Part shown: in pieces, positions 57,558 to 64,000 of the stretch
Position numbering within the stretch: position 1 is the stretch's first letter
Layout: each line of letters opens with the position of its first letter
Assembly: GCA_938022935.1 (NCBI GenBank)
Contig: CALIHL010000124.1
Location: 11,585 to 75,584, forward strand
Source of the DNA: an uncultured Saprospiraceae bacterium
Lineage (GTDB): Bacteria > Bacteroidota > Bacteroidia > Chitinophagales > Saprospiraceae
DNA length: 64,000 bases
Direction of reading: 5' to 3'
The notes under the pieces: generated by a model
What the model was told of the DNA's origin: nothing
Seen by the model: the letters and a program-made list of their open reading frames with translations, nothing else
The model's database searches: none
Made by a program: the position numbers and the translations under genes

Positions 57558-58810
57558 ACCTCTACTTGTTCTATAACAAATCCGAGAGACTCAAGATCTT
57601 TCCAAAAGTCAGGATATGACTTGGTTACAACTTCTGGTTTATTCATATAGATAGGATGAAGCAAAGCAAGTGGCGCAAACGCCATCGCCATCCTATGATC
57701 TTTATAAGTTTCAAATGTTGGCATGATGTTATTGTTAAAACTGACGCCGGGAGATATGGTATAGTGCTCTTCTCCTTGATCGTCAATTTTCTCTAATTGA
57801 AACGAACTGTTTATTTTCTTTAATTCTATATCAACCGCATCTATGCGGTCAGTCTCTTTAATGCGAAGTGTCTTAAGACCTGAAAAAGAATTTGGGATAC
57901 TTTGAGCTGCGCACATGACTGCAACAGTTTGTGCTGTGTCAGGTTGGTTGATAAAGTCAAAAGTTAAAGACTCCGCTTGATCTTTTTTAGAAAGATTCCA
58001 CTTGTCAGCCCAATTAGATTGTACACCAAGAAACTTTCCAACTTCTGTCATTTGAGCATCTCCTTGTAAGCTGTTTTCGAACAGTCCTTTTAAAGAAACA
58101 GAGGCCTTCTTTGCAAGAGCCACAATTGAAAAATAATAAGACGCAGCTGACCAATCCGCTTCTATTGTGTATGCTCGCGGCTGATAAGATTGAGGTCTTA
58201 TATCAATCATGTTGTCTTCAAGACTGGCCTCGATACCAAAGTCATTGAGTATTCCCTTGGTCAACTGGAGATACGATTCTGAAACCATTTCACCGGTTAG
58301 TTTGATCGTTAAACCGTTAGGCAATGTTGGTGCTATCAACATAAGTGCTGTGATATACTGACTACTTATACCCGCATCTATCTCAACTACACTTTTTAAT
58401 ATTGCATTATCAACAGGTCTTATCTCAAGTGGTGGATAGCCTTCTCTTCCTTTATAATCTATATCACAACCCAATGACCTAAGCGCATCAACTAATGGTC
58501 CTATCGGACGTTCAAGCATACGTGAAGATCCAGTCAATGTTTGAGTGCCTTCTTGAAGAGATAGATATGCTGTCAAAAATCTAAAAGTTGTCCCAGCGTG
58601 ACCTACGTTATAAATATTTCCGTCAGGGATACGCTCTAACAAATTAGAAAGTGTCTTGGTGTCATCACTTGTTGATAAGTGATTGATATCAAAGTGAGTG
58701 TCAGAAAGAGCCCTTATAATTAAAACCCTGTTGCTTATACTTTTAGAACCATCTAAGGTTATCTCTCCTTGTATCTCTCCAGTTGGGTGAGATATTTTTA
58801 TAGTGCTCAT
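57554..58810 (-). CDS. aroA: 3-phosphoshikimate 1-carboxyvinyltransferase
   Basis: 418 aa with LDGSKSISNR, GHAGTTFRF and KETDR blocks. Confidence 0.92.
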   Translation of the reverse strand: MSTIKISHPTGEIQGEITLDGSKSISNRVLIIRALSDTHFDINHLSTSDDTKTLSNLLERIPDGNIYNVGHAGTTFRFLTAYLSLQEGTQTLTGSSRMLERPIGPLVDALRSLGCDIDYKGREGYPPLEIRPVDNAILKSVVEIDAGISSQYITALMLIAPTLPNGLTIKLTGEMVSESYLQLTKGILNDFGIEASLEDNMIDIRPQSYQPRAYTIEADWSAASYYFSIVALAKKASVSLKGLFENSLQGDAQMTEVGKFLGVQSNWADKWNLSKKDQAESLTFDFINQPDTAQTVAVMCAAQSIPNSFSGLKTLRIKETDRIDAVDIELKKINSSFQLEKIDDQGEEHYTISPGVSFNNNIMPTFETYKDHRMAMAFAPLALLHPIYMNKPEVVTKSYPDFWKDLESLGFVIEQVEV

Positions 58811-58825
58811 CGTTGATATTATTGG

Positions 58826-59239
58826 TTAAGGCCAGATGAAGTCGATCGTTTGGATAGTGTCTGGGTGAAGCGATAAGGCAACGGGGCAAGTCCTTGCTGC
58901 GGCTTCAAGTATCTTTTTGTCCTTAGCCTCATAAGAAGTGTGCGCAGGCATCGTGACTTTAACCTTTACTTGTTTTATTCTCCGCGGATTAGAATCCATG
59001 ATCTTTTCAATATCAGCTGCAGCACCTTCGATATTAATACCCATCTGATCAGCTTTGATGCCCATGATTGTGATCAAACAACTCGCCAGTGCGGTAGCAA
59101 CTAAGTCAGTTGGAGAGAAGGCTTCTCCCTTGCCATTATTGTCAACTGGGGCATCAGTGATGATGTCGTTTCCAGATCTAAGATGTGTAGCTGATGTTCT
59201 AAGGCTACCTTTATACGTTACTTGTGCTGTCTGTCCCAT
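58826..59239 (-). CDS. OsmC-family peroxiredoxin-like protein
   Basis: 137 aa with the two conserved Cys contexts (ALASCL, ARTCPV). Confidence 0.8.
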   Translation of the reverse strand: MGQTAQVTYKGSLRTSATHLRSGNDIITDAPVDNNGKGEAFSPTDLVATALASCLITIMGIKADQMGINIEGAAADIEKIMDSNPRRIKQVKVKVTMPAHTSYEAKDKKILEAAARTCPVALSLHPDTIQTIDFIWP

Positions 59240-60296
59240 CCTTTAGTTCTTTATTTCTGGAGGGCGAATTTAAACTATTCTCTTTGCTTTGTGCGGCATA
59301 TGCGTTGATGATGGCTTTGACAAGTCGGTGCCTAACTACGTCTTCTGCAGATAAAAAGACAGTTCCTATCCCTTCAAGGCCTCCTAATAATTCCGTCGCA
59401 TCTCTCAATCCTGACTTTTGGCTTCTCGGTAGATCCACTTGAGAAAGATCACCAGTTATGATACACTGGGCATTGGGACCTAGCCTCGTCAGAAACATTT
59501 TGAGTTGCATAGACGTGGTATTCTGCGCTTCATCCAGTATGATAAATGCGTTGTCCAATGTCCTTCCTCTCATAAATGCCAAAGGCGCGACTTCGATAGT
59601 TCGGTTAGCCATGAACTGCTCTAGCTTTTCTCCAGGGAGCATATCATCTAAAGCATCATACAAAGGGCGCAAGTATGGATCTATCTTTTCCTTAAGATCC
59701 CCCGGTAGAAAGCCCAAACTTTCTCCTGCTTCAACTGCAGGTCGAGTTAGGATGATCTTCTTAACTAGTCTGTTTTTTAACGCCTTAACTGCCAGCGCAA
59801 CTGCGGTGTAGGTTTTACCCGTACCAGCTGGTCCAATAGCAAACAGGATATCATTTTGATCAGACAGTTCTACCATCTTCTTTTGATTCCTTGTTCGTGC
59901 GGTTATCTTCTTACCACCATTGCCATATACGATGACATTACCGCTATCCCGGCGTGATGGGATGTGATTGTAAGGGTTAAAGTCTTGGATTATATTTTGA
60001 ATGGTATTACTACTAAGCTCTTTGTTCTCTTTTAATAGCCTGATCATCAATTCTATCTTATCCTTTACCTTTTGAGAAGGTTTCTTTTCTCCTGAGATCT
60101 TAAGAGAAGCCCCTCTATGACTTATGGATACATCTGGAAATGCTTGCTTTACTAAATTGAGTTTTGCGTCTTTGGCTCCGAACAACTCTAAGGCGTCCAA
60201 GCCTTCAATAGACATTACTATTTCGCTCAAATAAGAAGGTGTTTTAAAATGAAGATGATGAGATGGTTGTGAACTATCAACCTGATAGTTAGTCAT
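59211..60296 (-). CDS. phoH: PhoH-family ATPase
   Basis: 361-aa ORF with Walker A GPAGTGKT and ITGDLSQVDLP. The true start may be the internal MSIEGLDAL. The C-terminal tail overlaps the osmC-like start by 29 nt. Confidence 0.88.
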   Translation of the reverse strand: MTNYQVDSSQPSHHLHFKTPSYLSEIVMSIEGLDALELFGAKDAKLNLVKQAFPDVSISHRGASLKISGEKKPSQKVKDKIELMIRLLKENKELSSNTIQNIIQDFNPYNHIPSRRDSGNVIVYGNGGKKITARTRNQKKMVELSDQNDILFAIGPAGTGKTYTAVALAVKALKNRLVKKIILTRPAVEAGESLGFLPGDLKEKIDPYLRPLYDALDDMLPGEKLEQFMANRTIEVAPLAFMRGRTLDNAFIILDEAQNTTSMQLKMFLTRLGPNAQCIITGDLSQVDLPRSQKSGLRDATELLGGLEGIGTVFLSAEDVVRHRLVKAIINAYAAQSKENSLNSPSRNKELKDGTDSTSNV

Positions 60297-60314
60297 GTAA
60301 AACTATAACATTTA

Positions 60315-61136
60315 TTACAGTTTCACTCTCTTCTTTGTGATACGTGGGCAGTTTAATGAGCCAAAGTATCGCATGACATGTAAGCCTAAAAAAGTATAGA
60401 CGTCGTTGTTCTTGCTATTGCCTCGTTGGCGTCCAGATTCTCCGATTCCTCCTCCAACAGAGCGGTCAGAAAGATGAACTGCTTGAAGACCTCTTTCTGC
60501 TCTAAGCACATTAAGGTCTGGATATACTCCAGAGACATCGTCTAGGTAGTCTGTTGCACTGTTGTGTATACTCAACTCTACATTAAAGCTCCAATCAACA
60601 TTGATATCCCACTTTAGTCCAAGCCCTATCGTCGGGGACAATGAAAACCTGCCGTACTCTTCTCCGATGGGCTGCCCCTCTGTTCCAAAGTCTCTAAGAT
60701 TGTAAGGTTGGCCATCTAGCTTAGTCTTTGGAGCATATGAGAAGGCAGAAAGCCCAGCAAGTAAATAAGGTGTGAAGTATTCACCATCACTACCATGGAT
60801 ATATGATAAGAAGTTAAACTCTATCTGTGTGGTAAGATCCCATATATCCGAAGAAAAGCTCAGGTTTCGTCTTCTTTCAAACGTGTTTTGCGAGTCAGCA
60901 TCTGAAGCAGACACTCGTCCCAGGTTGAGTGAGGTCTTGACTGATATTCTATTGTCTAAGTTGTATCTAAAGTTGAGCCCACCGGCAAGACCTAGATCAC
61001 CAAAAGCAAGCTCTGTCTGCAAGTCACCATAGTAATGAGTAAACCCCAGCCAAGCGCCTAACTCTACTCCTTTCTGAGCGGTTAGGGTTGTGCCACTTAT
61101 AAGTAGACAAAAAATGTATAAATAATATCTGTTCAT
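60315..61136 (-). CDS. outer-membrane beta-barrel protein (DUF6089-like)
   Basis: 273 aa with a signal peptide (...TLTAQ) and alternating beta-strand pattern. It resembles DUF6089 as I remember it. Confidence 0.45.
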   Translation of the reverse strand: MNRYYLYIFCLLISGTTLTAQKGVELGAWLGFTHYYGDLQTELAFGDLGLAGGLNFRYNLDNRISVKTSLNLGRVSASDADSQNTFERRRNLSFSSDIWDLTTQIEFNFLSYIHGSDGEYFTPYLLAGLSAFSYAPKTKLDGQPYNLRDFGTEGQPIGEEYGRFSLSPTIGLGLKWDINVDWSFNVELSIHNSATDYLDDVSGVYPDLNVLRAERGLQAVHLSDRSVGGGIGESGRQRGNSKNNDVYTFLGLHVMRYFGSLNCPRITKKRVKL

Positions 61137-61289
61137 ATAAAGATCAGAAGAGATATAGGTAGATCAATAATCATACCTATACGCACGCATAGTTTAGATG
61201 TGCGCCCTCATTATCAGAATGATATATGAACGGCTACTTAAAGCTTGTTATTGGATAGGTTGTCATCGATCAACCTAAACGAGTTGATC

Positions 61290-61904
61290 TTATGCGGACA
61301 GCTTGCTTCTGATGGTTGTATAGTTACCATATTGGCCTTTGATCTGCCTCTTCAGCTCTTTGCGAGCAAAAAAGATGCGACTCTTCACTGTTCCCAGAGG
61401 TAACTCAAGTTTATCTGCTATCTCTTGGTACTTAAAACCAACGTAGTGCATCTCAAATGGTACTCGTGTAGAAACGTCCAAGTTCTTGATCATGCTTCCC
61501 AGCTCATCCATTACCATATTGGTGCCAGCATCATTACTTATGATTGTATCAGAAGAGTTGAGAAAGTACATGTTATCAGTACTATCCATGATCGTATTCT
61601 TCTTAGCCTTCTTTCGATAATTATTGATGAAGATGTTCTTCATTATGGTAAACAACCAAGCCTTTAGGTTTGTCCCTGCCCTGAACTTTTCTCTATTAGT
61701 TATAGCTCGAAAAGCCGTCTCTTGATATAGATCTTTAGCCTCTTCGTTATCTTTCGTTAAATTATAAGCGAAAGAGTTTAGAGATGGTGTAAGTTGATTG
61801 AAACTTGCGTTAAAATCCAATTTTGTCATTGATTCCATGCCTGCAATATTTGAAGACATAAAGATAAGCTCTTGTTTAACAAAGTGCAACAGCAGATTAA
61901 ACAA
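61290..61904 (-). CDS. ECF-type sigma-70 family RNA polymerase sigma factor
   Basis: 204-aa ORF. Region 2 is DLYQETAFRA...AWLFTIMKN and region 4 is YQEIADKLELPLGTVKSRIFFARKEL. The true start is probably an internal Met (MSSN... or MESM...). Confidence 0.85.
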   Translation of the reverse strand: MFNLLLHFVKQELIFMSSNIAGMESMTKLDFNASFNQLTPSLNSFAYNLTKDNEEAKDLYQETAFRAITNREKFRAGTNLKAWLFTIMKNIFINNYRKKAKKNTIMDSTDNMYFLNSSDTIISNDAGTNMVMDELGSMIKNLDVSTRVPFEMHYVGFKYQEIADKLELPLGTVKSRIFFARKELKRQIKGQYGNYTTIRSKLSA

Positions 61905-62011
61905 TGGCTGAGATTAAAGCTAACATCTATAATCCTGTATTCATAACTAACTGACAATCAACATATATATCCAAATTATCAATAAATTTATTTTCAATAA
62001 ATATTGAAAAT

Positions 62012-63109
62012 TTATTTTTGGGCAACCCGCAAAAGATATAAAGAAAATAATCCAAAGATGATATTAGGCGTCCAAACACCTATCAGAGGGGCAAAAGCCA
62101 TGTTGAGTGCAAACGACTCAGCAAACTTACTAATCAATGTAAAAAGCGCTCCGATAGAGACACCCATAGCTAAGTGGATACCCAGTCCTCCTCTTACTTT
62201 TCGTGTGCCTATACTTGCACCGATCAAGGTTAGTATGATAATAGTAAATGGTGCTGCTGTTCTTTTATAAGCTTCTATCTGATATCTATTAGTACTGTCT
62301 AAGCCTTTGGCTTTTTCTGCCACAACAAAATCTTTTAGATCAGGGGTCGTCATAATCTCCATCTGTTTACTGTGTCTGATAAAGTCTTCCGGCCTTATAG
62401 CAAGAGACGTATCCAGGCTTTCTCCTTTGCCAATCAAAAGCAGCTCATCTATTCCATCAAAAGATCGGATCTCATAGTCACTGGCTGTCCAGTTATCAGT
62501 GAGTAGATTATACTTCAGTTTATGGGCCTTCATCATGGATATAAGATTTCCTTCGTCATCAAATGATTCAAGCCTAAAAGTGGACAAGGTAGAATCTCTC
62601 TTTCTATAGAAGTTACAATAGATCTTCTGTTGCGGCGCTATAAAAAACTGAACATCGTTAGATAGCGCAATCTTTACTTTCCTCTTGTATTCATTCTCAA
62701 ACTCCGTCTTATAAAACGTACTATGTGGTATAACATAGTTTTCTCCTACCCAGTGCAAAGCTGCTATAAACGTGCCTGCCATCAACATTGGTCTCAGGAT
62801 ACGCGTATAGTTCATACCTGTCGAAAGCATTGCGATGATCTCAGAATCTCTGGCCAATCGTGACGTAAAAAAGATAACTGCTAAAAAAGCGAACAACGGC
62901 CATAGCTCACTATTGATCCAAGGTATAAAGTGAACATAATAGTCAAATGCTACTGTCGACGCAGACAATTTATGCCTAATGAACTTGTCAATATTCTCAC
63001 TAAGGTCCATCACTACGGCAATTGCCGTAATCATGATTATAGCAAATAAAAATGTCGTGAGGTATTTGCCAATGATATAGAAGTCCAGTTTTTTCATTCT
63101 ATATGCCAA
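62012..63109 (-). CDS. LptF/LptG-family LPS export permease
   Basis: 365 aa with the YjgP/YjgQ topology: 3 TM helices, a periplasmic beta-jellyroll, then 3 TM helices. Confidence 0.8.
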   Translation of the reverse strand: MAYRMKKLDFYIIGKYLTTFLFAIIMITAIAVVMDLSENIDKFIRHKLSASTVAFDYYVHFIPWINSELWPLFAFLAVIFFTSRLARDSEIIAMLSTGMNYTRILRPMLMAGTFIAALHWVGENYVIPHSTFYKTEFENEYKRKVKIALSNDVQFFIAPQQKIYCNFYRKRDSTLSTFRLESFDDEGNLISMMKAHKLKYNLLTDNWTASDYEIRSFDGIDELLLIGKGESLDTSLAIRPEDFIRHSKQMEIMTTPDLKDFVVAEKAKGLDSTNRYQIEAYKRTAAPFTIIILTLIGASIGTRKVRGGLGIHLAMGVSIGALFTLISKFAESFALNMAFAPLIGVWTPNIIFGLFSLYLLRVAQK

Positions 63110-64000
63110 GGTCTTTAATGAGTGCCTTCATCTTAGATCTCCATGATAAGTGATTCTCGGCAAAAGATCTTGTTTTTTGTATGATCGTTTCAACGTTCAA
63201 GCCGTCTAGATACCGCTCTATCATTCGTATATCTATTATGCTTGCATCTTCAGGTACTTTAAAAACGAAGCTTAAGTCACTTTTGATGTCAGCGTCCTTA
63301 CTAGACAAGATAATCGGCAGTCCTCTCGCAATATACTCCCTGTTCTTTAAAGAGCTATCCACTTTAACTCCCTTTCTAAACAAACCTAAAGTGCCAACTC
63401 CTATGTCTGCTTCATCAAAAAGCCTGTCCAACTTTTCTCCAACACAAATACCTTGAAATGTTACTCTATCATCAAGTTGATTCTTTTTAACAAGTTGATA
63501 TAGTCGCTCCAACTCAGGACCATCACCAACTATATCTAACGTTATATCTGAATCATGCTCATAAGTAGCCAAGCCTTTTATCAATCTATCAAGTCCATGC
63601 CAGCTTCTCCATTTGCCAACAGCGATCATCTTATGATTCTTGCGTTTACTAAAAGTTCTTGCTCTCAGTTGTTCACAGTTTATTCCGTTGGAGACTTTGA
63701 TAGTAGGTACGTCAAATATGGAAGTTTCTACACCAGAATGTAAAACAAAGTCCACTAACGGTTCTAATTTTTTACTTAATGTCTGATCAATGAAAACCTT
63801 AGCCCTACCAATTATTCCAACATGTTCTTGTTGGTAGGGATAAGTCGGCATATCAATTAATAGTTGAGCCTTTTCATTTTCTAATTTAAATCTTTTTAAA
63901 AAACTAATAAATGAAAAACTCGACAACCCATAGCGGATTATACAGGCGTCATAGCTTTCAACCTTTACTTTCTTTAAGTGATTGAAATAATTCCACTTAA
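63099..64000 (-). CDS. GT4/GT1-type glycosyltransferase; partial, N-terminus beyond the window edge
   Basis: The track start (TTG 63926) is an artefact. The same frame stays open to base 64000 (...KWNYFNHLKKVKVESYDACIIRYG-LSSFSF...). The C-terminal Rossmann half carries IVGDGPE and REYIARGLP. Confidence 0.65.
   Translation of the reverse strand, partial: KWNYFNHLKKVKVESYDACIIRYGLSSFSFISFLKRFKLENEKAQLLIDMPTYPYQQEHVGIIGRAKVFIDQTLSKKLEPLVDFVLHSGVETSIFDVPTIKVSNGINCEQLRARTFSKRKNHKMIAVGKWRSWHGLDRLIKGLATYEHDSDITLDIVGDGPELERLYQLVKKNQLDDRVTFQGICVGEKLDRLFDEADIGVGTLGLFRKGVKVDSSLKNREYIARGLPIILSSKDADIKSDLSFVFKVPEDASIIDIRMIERYLDGLNVETIIQKTRSFAENHLSWRSKMKALIKDLGI

Noticed and set aside
59211-59239. The 29-nt overlap between the phoH 3' end and the osmC-like start as a functional overlap
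   Set aside because: The PhoH C-terminal tail beyond the conserved ATPase core is low-complexity. The overlap is most simply explained by ordinary compact gene packing or a slightly different true start for the osmC-like gene.
1-64000. tRNA, rRNA, tmRNA or RNase P genes, CRISPR arrays, IS elements or prophage genes
   Set aside because: All non-coding gaps are 308 bp or shorter. None shows a tRNA-like T-arm (GGTTCGAATCC-type) or regularly spaced repeats. No transposase, integrase or phage structural protein signature appears in any ORF.

Overview
The window looks like a Bacteroidota (Flavobacteriia/Cytophagia-like) chromosomal segment. Supporting signs are a GldH-like lipoprotein, paired OmpH/Skp genes, b558-type SdhCAB, a Na+-NQR operon, DUF4175/DUF4271/DUF5606-type proteins and TAnnTTTG -7 promoter boxes. 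It is densely packed, with about 62 protein-coding genes, mostly housekeeping: grpE-dnaJ, tsaB, purF-like, nadK, ybeY, sdhCAB, xylA, nqrABCDEF, hemD, mtaB, aroA, phoH and an lptF/G-like gene. I saw no rRNA, tRNA, CRISPR array, transposase or integrase. All family assignments come from reading the translated ORFs and recalling motifs; no search was run. Six things stand out. (1) An SOS-type mutagenesis cluster runs dnaE2, a 34-codon micro-ORF, a CI-like-HTH/S24 LexA-like repressor, a catalytically intact Y-family polymerase and an SRAP peptidase, and an operator-like motif is shared upstream of the repressor and of dnaE2. (2) Two genes, sdhA and a PNPOx-family gene, are each interrupted by a single in-frame stop codon where a Tyr or other aromatic residue is expected. 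(3) NqrA carries a ~98-residue N-terminal extension with a signal-peptide-like segment and a TM helix. (4) A compact ~95-nt multi-stem element lies in the 308-bp nadK/DUF4175 intergenic region. (5) A low-GC block at ~33.0-37.2 kb contains a tightly coupled pair: a stand-alone DUF5706 (Pycsar-effector-like) membrane protein and a secreted CotH-like protein. (6) DUF4175, an RsbW-like ATPase and ybeY form a coupled operon. None of these is proven to be a new system. The SOS cluster and the DUF5706/CotH-like pair are the best candidates for follow-up.
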